Origin: Tubulanus polymorphus
Taxonomy: Eukaryota; Animalia; Nemertea
DNA length: 64,000 bases
NCBI RefSeq assembly: GCF_964204645.1
Contig: NC_134026.1
Location: 13,390,050 to 13,454,049 of the forward strand
Reading direction: 5' to 3'
Part shown: positions 46,301 through 55,696 of the stretch, one piece after another
Layout of the letters: the number at the start of each line of letters is the position of its first letter
How positions within the stretch are numbered: position 1 is the stretch's first letter
The notes under the pieces: model-generated
The model's input: only the letters and a program-made list of their open reading frames with translations
Databases searched by the model: none
Told to the model about the DNA's origin: nothing
Program-made: the position numbers and the translations under genes

Positions 46301-48083
46301 TGGAATGGAAACATTTTTTGTCTAATCGCCCCCCCCCCCTAACTTTTGCATACGTTACCAAGAATAGCCAAACTCGTTGGATTATATTTCTGTAAAACTG
46401 TGTATTTTCTGGCCTATACCGCCACTCACTGAATAGCAGGGCCGTTCATAGCAGGACAGGGAGGAGTGCAAATATCATTGTTATATCCAATAAATTTATT
46501 TAGAATTCTCCACTCGGAATCGAGAAGCATTATTGTTAAGAGCCGAAAATGTTTTTTTTCTTTCAGGACATAGCAATATGAGAAGAAGCATTATACCGCT
46601 GTGACCCAAGGCCAGCGGAGCTGATGGGTTGGGGATGAGCCGTCGGCGTACGACTGTCCGTCCCTCAACTTTTACTTTAAATCGCAACTAGTCCTAAAGT
46701 GCTAGTTGGATCATTTCCAAAATTAGTATGAATATTTTATGGTAAGACCAACAACAATATTGTGCCATTTTTGGTTTTGACCCCCAGGGGATGCTCTACG
46801 GGTGGGGCCCATATTTTAAAGAATCGCTACTTGCCCTACAGTTTTAGTTGGATCAAGATAAAACTTGGTACCGATGATTTTTTTACCTAAGGCCTAAAAC
46901 AATATAGAGCCGTTTTTTGGATTTGACCCCCTAGGGGTTGCCTACAGCCGGGGGCCAATATTTCTATGAATCGCTACTAGTCCTACAGTTTTGATCAGAT
47001 CAATATATGGCTTTGTACCCCATGTACCCCCGTATATACCCCTCGTTTGGGGTTTTCGATGGCTTGGGTTGTTCTATTGGGAAAACCTATATTTTCTATG
47101 ATTTATGGAGATATATCATCCGACAGGCTGATTATACTTCATTTAAAACCGCCTTTTTGTGTTTGTCTGCCCCACCCTCATATCCAATTCCTAGTAACAA
47201 CAAATAATATGTATGCCAATTATAATTATTTACGTAACATACAATCATCAAAGTACCAACCTGATTTAGTTTTCGCCAGCGACGGTTTATAGTTGACATC
47301 ATAACCACAAACAAATGTATCACAATTATATGAAGTTAGCTGGCCAATATCAATGCAGCCACTTTTGAAGTCCCTGCACCCTGTGAACATTTTTTATCAA
47401 TTATTAGGTAGCTAAGGTAATTCTTACATTTTTATGTAAAACTGAGACCTCTCAGGTCGCAAACATTTCGTTATTCAATTTTCAGCCTTGTCAACGAATG
47501 TGGGATTTTGTGTTTTTCTTTTTCCCAACATTCATGAAAAATTACTAGAATCTACGTCCGGTGGAGCATGTATAGAATCTTCCTTCGCTACCTACATAAT
47601 CAAACCAAAGTTTCGGATGAAAAAGAAACCACTTACTCTATTCACTTTTTCCATATACCCTAGTTCCTACCTGACTTAACTTTCGTGAAGTAGTACGAGG
47701 ACTTGTTCTGAGAGCAGCGATATGTTTCGCAGTTGACTATTAGATCATTTGCTTTTGGTATACATTTTTTCGGATTGTGCCTGGTCATGCATCCTACATT
47801 CAGAAAGAAAGAGGTAGATGGCTTACTGGTTAACTAAAGTCAAATGACAAGATTACAGATCGTATGTACTGGTTATCAAATCTGCACCGTTCGATATTAA
47901 CTAAATGATGATCTCAGAAATGTTTGGCGATAGATAAACAAATAAGATGCATGTTTTTAAAAAACTTACCTCCTCCTGAATGTGATGTTATTTTGCCATC
48001 AATACATGTATAATTTGCGCATTGGGTGGATATTGAGTCTCCAGACTTGTAACTTGTGTTGGAAAACGTACAAGGTTTCTTTG
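1398..48083 (-). CDS. Host multi-exon gene for a cysteine-repeat, probably extracellular protein. Seven exons seen: 48083-47970, 24978-24856, 4273-4157, 3995-3879, 3784-3662, 2330-2214, 1514-1398
   Basis: Each exon has an AG acceptor and GT donor, is phase 1-1 and is 114-123 nt with no stop. Six encode a 4-Cys repeat such as GCQTPDGTCIQPYGRYSKRCHQYMC or GCQTNNGTCVQVDATWGENCRFFQC; the first has 3 Cys. Start and stop exons were not identified. Confidence 0.85.
1650..1810 (-). pseudogene. Small Penelope-like retroelement remnant (RT/GIY-YIG linker)
   Basis: Frameshifted peptides SCIPNIRNNIEQHKS and KKEPCPLDGKCRKANIIY resemble the CxC..CPLxGxC linker that precedes GIY-YIG in Penelope-like elements. 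Confidence 0.55.
4660..4700. repeat. (ACAAT)n microsatellite
   Basis: About 8 perfect units. Confidence 0.95.
6225..6870 (+). pseudogene. Spliced gene fragment of unknown function inside the inverted-repeat segment
   Basis: An open frame after an AG acceptor (..LCRVYTKDMPNDVALHLALEHN..FVDFVKTMR..) ends at a GT near 6491. A second coding-like block ends at GTAAG near 6870. Confidence 0.4.
9238..9322. repeat. 27-bp tandem repeat, ~3 copies
   Basis: Unit TATATTAATATACATAATTGCTAGGCC. Confidence 0.9.
10888..12035. mobile_element. Non-autonomous TIR transposon, 9-bp TSD (MULE-like)
   Basis: ~130-bp TIRs begin CGGTGTTGTCATATCGCGGAAAGAC. TSD TTTATTAGG at 10879-10887 and 12036-12044. Confidence 0.9.
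15664..18163 (+). repeat. Near-perfect direct duplication: 15664-16781 = 17046-18163, and 16789-17045 = 19381-19637
   Basis: Identical ORFs are offset by 1382 nt (16565/17947; ORF ends 15968/17350). The intervening 257 bp repeats at an offset of 2592. Confidence 0.92.
19055..19526 (+). pseudogene. Truncated second copy of the pPolB intein
   Basis: YFD|SVTADTPILLK at 19055, then VDVTGDHSL and FIKGFLMGDGS. The copy is cut off by Harbinger transposase sequence. Confidence 0.9.
19527..20265 (+). pseudogene. PIF/Harbinger transposase (DDE_Tnp_4/HARBI1-like), 5'-truncated and frameshifted
   Basis: Motifs CWGFIDGT, YNGNKRTH, GRWHDSGM, LYGDAAYP and MSIVRVPVKWTF. Confidence 0.9.
21326..21452. mobile_element. 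Short palindromic MITE
   Basis: Inverted ends GGGCCAGTTGCTCAAAAGTTGGTTA ... TAACCAATTTTTGAGCAACTGGCCC, with flanks CCG/CAG. Confidence 0.8.
22003..22196. mobile_element. Harbinger/Tourist-type MITE
   Basis: TIRs AGCCCAACGCACACGGCA / TGCCGTGTGCGCTGGGCT, with a TTA TSD on both sides. Confidence 0.85.
27703..28045 (+). repeat. Polinton left TIR (343 bp)
   Basis: Reverse complement of 45904-46247; I saw two mismatches and one 1-nt indel. Confidence 0.97.
28042..28368 (+). CDS. 108-aa Polinton protein, possible OB-fold ssDNA-binding protein
   Basis: Intact ORF with a TAAATG start inside the TIR. The beta-rich pattern KILKLEKIKTKYGEKV..KVFLP..IIYHGK suggests the fold (inference). Homolog at 224-416. 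Confidence 0.75.
   Translation: MGDRKAFLATINNRIKPAKKQFEIKKLVDVTKEIEHKILKLEKIKTKYGEKVSANLSYCNVSTSREFKVFLPDKWVSLSTEELKDLVGFKIIYHGKNEDGHHDLEIVD
28507..28920 (-). CDS. Single-pass membrane protein with a basic N-terminus
   Basis: TAAATG start; hydrophobic segment YLYFTVGFVIVFILIGCNWY. Confidence 0.75.
   Translation of the reverse strand: MSEVKEVKELTVKKKPRTQKQIEWSRRLGIKSQEYKKAVKEKISNKNVNKNGENIVISTPSDNRIFEKYLYFTVGFVIVFILIGCNWYKKSNKIHDIDNPETTAIKNENTSEIPKLIIKKKWINILEKKQKKIIFFN
28853..29458 (-). CDS. 201-aa Polinton protein of unknown function
   Basis: TAAATG start, intact ORF, C-terminal hydrophobic stretch WIGYLSFQLGGFMTLLSTGVITF. Confidence 0.75.
   Translation of the reverse strand: MVGEKKIKSKNGDVPIEKTLDDLGITENKLTPDDGALNNVTTNNNYEYYLYCKHQLEILIASGKCKKFVDKNLTYNELDTMKSVEIIRLFKIYEAARTAKINDAISENVVKGYSKLCNYILPIEDENRLYSDLKNDYLVMTELNKWIGYLSFQLGGFMTLLSTGVITFSNIESKNISIINERGERSEGINCEEKTENSETN
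29491..29731. repeat. Internal AACTAGA-rich tandem and inverted repeat region of the Polinton
   Basis: Repeated CAACTAGAATTCAACTAGATTAACAA units about 110-120 bp apart, with TCTAGTTG on the same strand giving fold-back potential. Confidence 0.85.
29725..30351 (-). CDS. A32/FtsK-like DNA packaging ATPase
   Basis: Walker A GVTNCGKT, Walker B LFIIDD, downstream NQKY...RENIR motif. Confidence 0.93.
   Translation of the reverse strand: MNKELFIFEPHNMLISGVTNCGKTYFILNLLETVYENYFDNIVLFCPTCEFNQTYDRNITRNNKFIILDPKTVKENLDNCIKIAIDIYKGSNTLFIIDDCANLHDSKVRESELCYLALSGSHFGITTWVLNQKYNSIVKDFRENIRFLVLFYNKDRKSMKNALEENDIIPHDLHNEYMDKLKNIKRSKLLFRLQHPFKYEFIQIQLVC
30352..31480 (-). CDS. Retroviral-like (rve) DDE integrase with a C-terminal chromodomain
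   Basis: WQGDLID, IDIFSRY, FDDGKEF, VERFNRTLR and chromodomain YSLVKWVGWPDKFNEWI. The likely true start is TAAATG at 31480, followed by a +1 slip in an A8 run. Confidence 0.95.
31529..32757 (-). CDS. Major capsid protein (double jelly-roll), one frameshift near 32550
   Basis: Two overlapping ORFs (81 + 328 aa) form a ~410-aa beta-rich protein (NPSNINPDETLYVRIP, YKIPLDF, YKLSNICLEYDTV, PRRSIKRILIFF). Position and size fit a Polinton MCP; recognised by pattern only. Confidence 0.75.
32790..34238 (-). CDS. Coiled-coil protein with C-terminal membrane segments (frameshift near 32990)
   Basis: Acidic N-terminus, long heptad region and hydrophobic GITILSILTAVTMLFTKIGLAI. The shifted frame continues LWELSKKSAAALPGVIASIVGFIL...IILFLITVVSAIIFGLV. 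Confidence 0.8.
34255..35643 (-). CDS. Polinton protein with a C-terminal membrane anchor, split by a frameshift into 76 + 382 aa
   Basis: TAAATG start at 35643 but none at 35403. Motif YWQNQLNFAVYCATTGCGIS; C-terminus LAITCIGIVIGGILYFKF. Confidence 0.75.
35660..36094 (-). CDS. 144-aa two-TM-helix protein
   Basis: TAAATG start; hydrophobic hairpin flanked by Lys-rich helices. Confidence 0.78.
   Translation of the reverse strand: MEDKVDSIDIIPHDINKTKLKIYLEKQILEFESDLKIKKKKYLKSKIIYYLIISGSVTISSVITFLAIFSPLTPLAISIGVLGLSSSVLTGISSKLNIKSNKEKIKSNIKEINKLKNTLDYIISLNGHITVEEKDKLLKELINY
36115..36537 (-). CDS. 140-aa protein with N- and C-terminal hydrophobic segments
   Basis: MASAIITIIGSAIVNALAFTGGGYLF...IIWILGGTVIVIFVAY; TAAATG start. 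Confidence 0.8.
   Translation of the reverse strand: MASAIITIIGSAIVNALAFTGGGYLFKHIDKNSSLGEQRRHNLALEKYNKAAEEYREKRQNYMDYINKELYDQKISHRDFQSVDDAMSLYNAVTNKEKLHLYKPKLSDYYTPSKEQQKYEIIWILGGTVIVIFVAYKFTN
36562..36783 (-). CDS. 73-aa hydrophobic protein
   Basis: TAAATG start overlaps the upstream stop codon; two hydrophobic helices. Confidence 0.72.
   Translation of the reverse strand: MSDNKWIITGLYNGALLSVGTVGYSMVLKKVFKMGSVNVDRFDINDILKLTLAVTLSNLTIDYLEKQKYIPPI
36784..37140 (-). CDS. 118-aa protein of unknown function
   Basis: TAAATG start, intact ORF. Confidence 0.7.
   Translation of the reverse strand: MNITVGPSICFGFDFKREKEMKFNMNDVITHIKNIAFSNETTFKYETTIDKETLNVEKITNLIRESLRFYELDEDFIIDDIRKIIIEIYTNETSNKINVELIITKITKYFEDSDFFDK
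37157..37850 (-). CDS. Minor capsid (penton) protein, N-terminus removed at the Penelope junction
   Basis: The frame stays open upstream of the annotated Met (DLKLVNISLCNSFYNIS...LTPGLYNLETLEQEIN). It also has FYIYCNLI and NGYLIDLNN, typical of single jelly-roll pentons. Confidence 0.78.
37851..39731 (+). mobile_element. 5'-truncated Penelope-like retroelement (RT + GIY-YIG ORF ending 39429) nested in the Polinton
   Basis: LYGFCKVHK, RPVVS, SFDVESLFTNVP, GVTMGSPLGP, YLRYVDD and GIY-YIG VIYKFNC..YIGKT.RHL..RIKEH. GC content is higher than the flanks. Boundaries are approximate. Confidence 0.95.
39609..39645 (+). ncRNA. Minimal type I hammerhead ribozyme in the Penelope 3' region
   Basis: cac CTGATGA g gggat-atg-atccc GAAA acgt TC gtg: intact core, helix II, palindromic mini helix III, and a cac/gtg helix I. 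Confidence 0.8.
39732..40838 (+). CDS. Poxvirus late transcription factor VLTF3 (A2)-like protein with two N-terminal C2H2-like fingers; start codon lost
   Basis: Frame open from ~39732. It has CEPC..H..H, CKYC..H..H, a Zn ribbon CPQC..EGTVLFCNECG and a C-terminal INYEFFLNKI...KQRERDEMWNKI that resembles the VLTF3 signature. Confidence 0.75.
   Translation, partial: RSNSAEVEPEVIWKRPFLFYDKDNIKDHFCEPCRIKYSPENIEDWENHQFRKVHIDKIYNKFETELNERKNNLLEKIKYEKTLPDNEETVEKLEKQYNELTRKTYYCKYCKLIITTSNSNLHNRTIKHKENVRKYQELNEDLLPINYKQKCPQCIYASLRQEGTVLFCNECGWQKNLLGEEKTRDFLIDPKLNYLDEIFKIFSIEDHTPEYMQWLEKMKIIENENGEITKRDIIKTIIPSTFNTKEKKMYLYLLFNDYYEKPKLTEEDMENIKKIFKQILMYHLEKRITDSINYEFFLNKIVNYLNLDIIIPFDELTNKKKQRERDEMWNKIELYLNEKNGMEEEPEQLNETEEANSDFEYDDIDFMF
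40835..45907 (-). CDS. polB: Protein-primed DNA polymerase B with intein; several frameshifts and one nonsense codon
   Basis: Exo YGDFES, FHNLSGYD and YLKSDV; Pol YIDANNLYG, KLMNN, YFD|TDA, KMYS and KKLKG. The start TAAATG lies within the right TIR. Confidence 0.96.
41291..42355 (-). other. Intein (Hint domain + LAGLIDADG homing endonuclease), 355 codons, in pPolB motif C
   Basis: Block A SVTADTPI, block B VTEDHSL, LAGLIDADG motifs FIKGFFMGDGS and FFIGFYAADGA, block F YVYDLST, C-terminus QKN|T. There is an in-frame TAA at 41744-41746. Confidence 0.95.
45904..46247 (-). repeat. Polinton right TIR (344 bp)
   Basis: Reverse complement of 27703-28045. Confidence 0.97.
46680..47002. repeat. Diverged ~145-bp tandem repeat, ~2.2 copies
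   Basis: AATCGCTACTAGTCCTACAGTTTT-like motif at ~46680, ~46822 and ~46969; TTTTTGG(T/A)TTTGACCCC twice. Confidence 0.7.
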
Positions 48084-49049
48084 CTGTAGTAAGAAATAAT
48101 CAGAACAATAGAACATGCGACAACGGTTCTCGGGCTCAGGCTCGAACGCGAAATCTGAATTTACCATGCTTTAGTTTCCATATACTTTTGGATATGATGT
48201 ACCTAGGGCCAGTAGCCAAATTTTGCCAAGACAGTTTTTCAATCTCGACCCCGTTCGCAGGCTTGCAAGCCCATCTTGCTATCACAGATATTGATAACTT
48301 GCTTTGGAAGTCGTTAACTTTGGTTAGAAACTCTCTTGGCGTCTGATATTTACACACATTTAATGCAGTAATAAAATGTAGGTTCCTTTCGTATATTGGC
48401 TATATCGGTTGTCGTTTTCTTTGTTTTATGATTTCATATATCGGTTTTGTTATCTCAACAGCGCACGCCAACCTTGGGTGAGCGTGCGTGATTGGTCTTG
48501 AAATAGATATTCATGCGTGGCATAGTGCTGATGATAATTCAACTCATTGTTTATTGACACAATTAGAATTTTACAATAAAATATTTTCACGTTTTTAAAA
48601 ATCCTTTTAATTTTACTTTCACTGGGTGTTTGCATTATGTATTAATTATTTCAGCACAAGCATAAGTAACCTAGCGATTATCTAAATACGAGAGATTCCG
48701 AAACGACACCACAATATTCAAATAACAACCATCTAAAAGCTTGCACTAGCTTTGTCCATGTCTACAAAAAACCGATTCCCAGTCAGTGGGTGTATGATAT
48801 TTCATGTAACATTAAAAGACAACATTTATTCCTCAGCTCTTTAAAAAGTATCTTTTATCAGTTCGATTAATTTTACTACAGAAATACAGAACCACCAAGT
48901 TTTCAGTACACACATGTCAGCAAAAGAAAAAGAAGAAATATGGCGGCCTAGTATGTGCACGTTCAAAAATAGATCTCGTACTAGATTGATATTTGCTGTG
49001 GTTCCGAGTGAATTTTGATTTAACTAATCATGGATTGTAGCGGATTAAA

Positions 49050-52000
49050 TAGAGACCATTCGGTTCTCATTTGGACACTTTGAACGCACTTCGAGATCAA
49101 ATCGATGCGAGTGAAATTCTATCGCCTCATAAATGGAACTTCGATCTTCACGGGAACGAGATATTAATAGATGCGTACTTTCAATGTAGTCGTACCAAAT
49201 TTCACTAAGATTGGAGTCTATAATGTAGGTATAAACTGCGATTCGATCAATCAGATTTATTTGAACAGTGATCACAGATTAAATAACTGCCCCGTACGGT
49301 TAAATGAACGGTTGGGTGAACTCCCATGCCATGTATGCAAGTCACCCGATCACATCAAACGCGATTGCCCGCTCAATAAAGAAAGCAACTCAGGTTTTCA
49401 ACACGTTGAAAGTACCGAGAGTCCTGAACAAGTTAAAATCTCTAATAAACAGCTTTTCAATTGAAATCGCCTAGTGTAAATATAAATTTTGATTCAAATT
49501 TAATGAGTTACATGAATTGTTATCAAAAAAAGTCGAACGAATCATTTGAAAAATCAATTGAAACAGGATTAATTAGAATCGAAATAACTAGTATTTCATT
49601 TAAAGGATGATTAAAAATGATGGAAAAAATAAAACAATAATTGAAAAAAGCTAAATTTACCTGCACATAAAACTCTGAACAGGAACAGCACAAACAAACG
49701 AAACGAGTGCAGGTTTTGGGCGATTCCAACATGAGAGAATTCCCAAACGACAACGGCTTAGTTCTTTATCAATCTGGTACCACATTCGAAAATATAGATC
49801 CGTTGCTTGATAAAGTTGACTTCCTAGTTAACGATTTAACTGCAAAAACCGAGGTCGTTGTGCATTTAGGCACTAACGATAGGCACAAATCAGATCCCGA
49901 CGATATCAAGGTTAATACTACGTTAGGATGAGCCAAAGTTGCCAAGAAGTTCCCTTAAGCAAAACTCTGCCTATCGAGTGTCATCATGAAATGTATGAAT
50001 AACAATACAAAAGATCTTAATTCCACTGCTAGTATGATCAATAAAAACATGGATAAGTTTTGTTCTAGACGGAACATTCTGTTTATCAACATTGATGTAA
50101 TTTTAAAATCATCAGGAACTATCAGAGACAGATACTACAATCAGAGTGACTCAAGCGGGACCCACCTGAATAAACTGGGAAAATCGGCCCTCGCTAAGCA
50201 CTTCAATGACATGTTGCTCTCTGACAACCAGTCTGAGATTTTCAGTACTCCAGCCAACAAGCACGTAAAAAGATCCAAAGAAAGCCAATGTTGGTGACAG
50301 TTAAACTCTTTAATGAATATGTCGGAAGATTTATTTGAACCGGAATACATTAACTGTGACTATTATCATTTACATTATTTACATTATGTGATGGAAAACT
50401 GCTGAATGTATTTCATACAAACATCCGAAATGCCAGGAAGAACTTCGATAACTTCAGTGATTACCTTCAAACTCTGAACCATCAATTCTCTTTAATTGGA
50501 TTACCCGAAAAATGGACTGACGAGAATATCGCCCAAATGAATCCTCGTATCACATTCCAAACTATACTAGCGTTTTTCGAAGCAGACCAAATTAAAAGGG
50601 TGGCGATGTAGGTATCTAAATAAACGATACTATTCGATATGAGATTAGGTAGGATTTAGTTATTGGTGAATCTATATTTGCTGAATTATCTTAATTTAGT
50701 AAAAAGACTATCGTTGGTGTTTTGTATTGTGCCCCTGATTCTGATTTAACAAATTTCATTGATGAATTTAATTATCAGTTTAACAAGGAGAATTTGAATA
50801 TTATATTAACTATAATATGGACTTAAGCAATGTTGTGAAAAGTTCTTTGTATGAGAGTTTCATAAATATTGCGAGTTCTAATTCATTTTCACCTCTTATC
50901 AATTTAACCACTAGAGTTACTGAGCAATCTGCTACGATTATAGATAACATATTGATTAATTTTGGCCACGGGTCTATCACAGATCATTACCCATTTTTGC
51001 TGTCATGGACATATTTAATGAGATATGTAACCTCAATTCCCCTATAATTCAGAACCGTGATATAAATCCAAGGTCAATCAAAGAGTTTTCGCGGTCATTG
51101 TTAGCTAGGGATTGGCAGTGTATTTATAGTAGCAATTGTCCAGCGAAGTCTTGTAGTGAATTCTATAATATTGTAAATACATGTTATGAAGCATATTTTC
51201 CGTTTAGGTGTATTACACCCAGACAACGCAACAAACAATGGACTACAGCGGGGATCAAAACGTTTATCAAAATCAAAGATAAATTACATAGAAAATATGT
51301 AGGTAAAAAAAGTATTGAGAGCAAAGCCCAGTATTGTAAATATAGTAACTTATTGAACTCTTCACTTAGAAAAAGTAAGTAAAGCTATTACAAAGAGAAC
51401 TTTTTATCGTGTCACTGTGATCCTGAGGAAACTTGGAAATTAGTTTTTTCATGACTGTAGTGTTTATTGATGTACGTTTCGTTCTGTGTGTTATTCAAGT
51501 TTCTGAGTTACATTCGACCGGAAGAGGTTTTGAGGAGAATAAAGCATGGCTGATCTGTAATTCTATGTGTTGACTTGGTGTATGGTTTAATCCGGCCTGA
51601 TCAAGGCGAAATACGACAATTACTAAACAAGACTAAGAATAAGTGTAATCCCGAGTTTTACACAATAACAGGGTTATTATTGATGCAGTAGAAATTACAA
51701 AACAGTTAGATGATTATTTTGAAAATATTGCTTCATCTCTTTTGTCTAAAATTCCAAAATTCCATTCACGATTTTAAGCAATATCTCGGCGAGAAAACCG
51801 ACGAAAACTTTTTTCTTTCACCTACCTACCCCTCAGAAGTTGAGGAAATTGTGTCTAAATTCCAAAGTAATCAATCTTGTGGGTGTGACAATATCAGCCA
51901 CAAATTACTAAAATCAATTATTTCCGCTATTTCAATAAAAATAAAATATTAAATCTTAAATGATCGGCAGTTTGGTTTCAGGACTAAGTATTCAACTTCC

Positions 52001-52120
52001 TCAGGATTAACGTACATCACTGATAAGAAAGAAAACTCTTTAGATAATGGTCTTATAACCGCTGGTGTTTTCATAGATGTATCAAAAGCCTTTGATACAA
52101 TTAATCACAATATCTTAAAT
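49050..52120 (+). pseudogene. Decayed CR1/L2-group LINE: ORF1 with Zn knuckle and SGNH esterase, ORF2 with APE and the start of RT
   Basis: CHVCKSPDHIKRDC; LGDSN, HLGTND and GTHLN (SGNH); TRVTEQSATIIDNI and TDHYP (APE); QFGFR and FIDVSKAFDTINH (RT). Confidence 0.85.
51456..51618. mobile_element. Probable solo LTR inserted in the LINE
   Basis: 163-bp TGTAGTGTTT...AAATACGACA with TG..CA ends, internal AATAAA, and 5-bp flanks ATGAC/ATTAC. Confidence 0.6.
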
Positions 52121-54258
52121 CTATTTGTTTTCATATTTATTACAACAATTCTTGGCCATATTTTCTGCATTGATCCGCAACAGAATGTTAGGCTTTTTCA
52201 CCATTCAGTCCTCATACATACTCCCTCCGTCATTCAGTTTTCCGAGTTTAGAGAACTACCCAGAATGGAACTAAATGCATCTAAATTTTCAAATATCTCG
52301 GATTTTCGACTCAATAGGATTCGAGTTCCCTACAGCAAGAGGACTTTAAGTCCCGAAGAGTCCCGTACAAATAGGCACATCGATAGGTAAACTATGAAAA
52401 AATGAATGGTTTGTAAATATAATAATACATCTAATAGATATGTGAATAGTACTTTGTAGTTAGTAGGAGTTGATTATTCCATTTTAGGAGTCAGTTTAAA
52501 GTGTTATCATCGGTTGGGGTTTTGACAATGCAAAAATAAAACAGCCAACCCAGTAATAACCAATGGAAAACTTAAAACCGTGAAAACATTTATTAGTTAA
52601 TCGAACGTAGCCACCTGACACGGTTGATAAAACACCGTGTGGTGACTATAGTATAACGATAATCCCATAATATTCATGAAAAATTAAGTACGAAAACGTT
52701 TCCTTGAACTGGCAGTTCTTTTCAAAATTTCAACCATATACTGATACTCATCTTCTCAGGAATGCTGAGTTACAAACAGAAGCGATGAAATATCAATCCA
52801 GGTGTGATAAACCGTGAAGTCTCTGTCAAATATTTCTTTAAAGCTCTTCATATCCTAAAAATAAAGAAACATAAAATATTATGCGCGGGATATCAAAGGT
52901 AGACTTTGAAGACAGAAATTGTTTGAGACATTGTTGAATAAAATGTCGGTGCTATTGAATTATTCCATTCACTAGCTGGCTTTCGTTGAAGTAGTTAATC
53001 AAAAGTCAGAGGAATATCCGTTACGCCTATTCAGATACATAGAAGTATTAAAATAGTTTTTCTTAATTTGTCAGTTTGCATTGCGAACGTGGTAATGTTA
53101 TCGTTTATATCAACCACCATCGACGAATTGAGGTGCGAAGCTGCGCTTGTCAATCACATCTTAATCGGTTCATACGCTAAAAATGCGCTATAACAAGAAA
53201 TAGACGCAACCAATTTCGGGAATAATTTCTTTTCATCAGGTAAATTGATCTACCAAGTACTTACAGCATCTGATACAGTTGCACTTAACTTAAGACTATG
53301 ATGAAAAAGCTTGATAAGGAACGTACCCTTGCACACTGTGGTTTAAATTTATTTCCACCAGCTGCAAGAATCCACAAAGGAATAAAAGACCGTTGTGACC
53401 AGTTCATTCCACGAATAATAGCTGGAAAGAAAGTAATCGAAATAAAAAGTTGTAAATATAAGCGTTAATCTGCCCCTTACTACCTACCACTGGCTCTAAA
53501 CACTACATTAAGGGCCTAAATCTATCTGTTCTTGGCGTATCCCCCAAAAAGGTTAGGTAAAGTAGCTAGCCAACAACGATCATTGCTTCACGGAGTAATC
53601 ATTTGCTACCATATGTACTAATATTATAAAGAAATAACGTAAAACATTCCCTGGTTAACGGATTCTCACCTTAACTTACATAAACTCTGCTGTCGATGTC
53701 ATCAATCCGAGTCGTCAAGTGAACGCGGAAGTAAAATTCCGTATGGGAATTCCTACCATTTCTGTCCATATTACATTGATTTGAGCCAGAGATCTTCAGG
53801 AAATAGTAGCCAACGTAAAGTGATTTACGAATAGAATTAATCAATTGCCTCATTTTAGGGCGTTTTTAAACACGTGATAAATTTGCGCCGAAAATGATCC
53901 GCCATGTTGTTTCATTAATAAGACATTGTTCGCAGGAAATGTTCGGATTGGGTATTTTACAGAGATGTCATCCTGAATCTATCGGTTCCCAACAGTGCCG
54001 TGACTGCTTTTGTACGCCTATCCCACCCGGAATTATGTTCTCACTCAAATTAGACTTATTAAATACACGTTGATTCAAATATAGTTGCTCCCTGTTGAAA
54101 CTCACACCAACACAAAATCTGTCCCCAGAACGTTACTGGGGTTTTACTCCAGTCAACGATTCTTTGGGTAAACAGGTTGCTTCTAAGTGACCACTATATA
54201 TCTAGCGAATCAGATGTTTGGTATTGATAGAGCGAACCTGCCAGTGAGACTGGCAAAA

Positions 54259-55040
54259 CATAGTGTCAGGAAAGTGGTAACAGACCCAGTCTAACTTTGT
54301 GGTCACACCACGCCTGAGTTAGTGAGGCTGGCATACCTCTTTGACGATAGGCGGTACACCTCCAATCATTACCAGTATAATACCACTCAAAGAAGAATTC
54401 GAAATTTACCTCGTGGCATCGGGCAAGATCTATGCATGCGCCAAACAGATAATCAGACTCTTATAGTATACTCTCGGTCGAGAATATCCGAAAGTGTTCA
54501 ATACATTTGGTTTGACAGAAGAAGACCAAAACAACTACGATAAGGTTTATGGAGCCTTATTTTCGTGCAACACACGCTGAAAATGGATATATAATAATTT
54601 TTCAAAAAAAACGGAAACTAAACGAATGTGAGACAATTCTTGAATATATAACATCTGTGAAAGAACTTGCCGAATCATATGACTTTGAAGGACCAGACTC
54701 TACACAACTCAGTGTCACTTTTATTAACCGCGTCACGGACTCAAGACTACGAGACAAGCTTTGGAATGAAGATTTGTCATTAGAAAATATAATCAAAAAG
54801 GCCCTGTTATATTAACAACAGCGAGAACTAAGAACTATATTCAGATTAATCCACACCAACAACGGTGAATTAATTACATCCGTGGTCGTAGCAACTACGG
54901 TGGACGGTAAGCCGAAGCCACGCTTCGCTGAGACCACAGGCACAGTAAAAGTAACAGAATAGTCGTTACCAAGGGCGGCAGAGAGAATCATATCGTGGTA
55001 CGAAGCAAACCCTGAGTCGTACTAGTTGTGGTGCATGTGG
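54259..55040 (+). pseudogene. Gypsy-type LTR retrotransposon remnant: PBS-like site and gag
   Basis: ..AACA TAGTGTCAGGAAGTGG PBS-like site; gag-like ETILEYITSVKELAESYDF..RLRDKLW..LSLENII. Confidence 0.7.
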
Positions 55041-55696
55041 CAGGGGCGGATCTAGGGGGTCTAAGGGGTCCGGACCCCTGCCTTCCCTTTTGGGATGCCC
55101 CTGTCTTTTTCGTTGAAAATTTTTTTTTTACCTAGTTTCTTAAAACAATGAATCGATAATATGCCTTCTCCTCTACGTAACTTGTGAGTCAAGATACGCA
55201 GAGGAGACTTAGTCCGGTCTCGACTTGTAGCATTTCCCTCAAAAGGCCGACGTTCAAAGGCACCTAAAATCCGGTGGTATAGCACCTGAGATTTCCAGTG
55301 TAGGTCACATCCCACAGTCAGTTGTTTGGTTTATAATGTTTACGTGAACATCTGGCTGACACTAGTTTCACATAGTATCACAGTTGACGAAATAAGAAAA
55401 CTTTTTTTCATATTTCTTAAATTATATTTTTAACATAGTATTCTTCATAATTACAGTATGCTGATTCTGTAGGTGTTTTTTGATGAAAATTGCCCCATTA
55501 ATAAAGGATTTTACAAAAAAAATCTGTTTTAGCAAATTTTCCGATTTTTGTTCGATTTTGATGAAATTTGGACACAATATTACTGATTGTGAGCTGAGAT
55601 AATACTGAAAGTTTCAGTTTGTTACAATTAATAAGAAAGTTTTCTAATCACAAAAATTATGCACTAGTGAGCTGCGACTGATTGCCCTTGCTGGAC

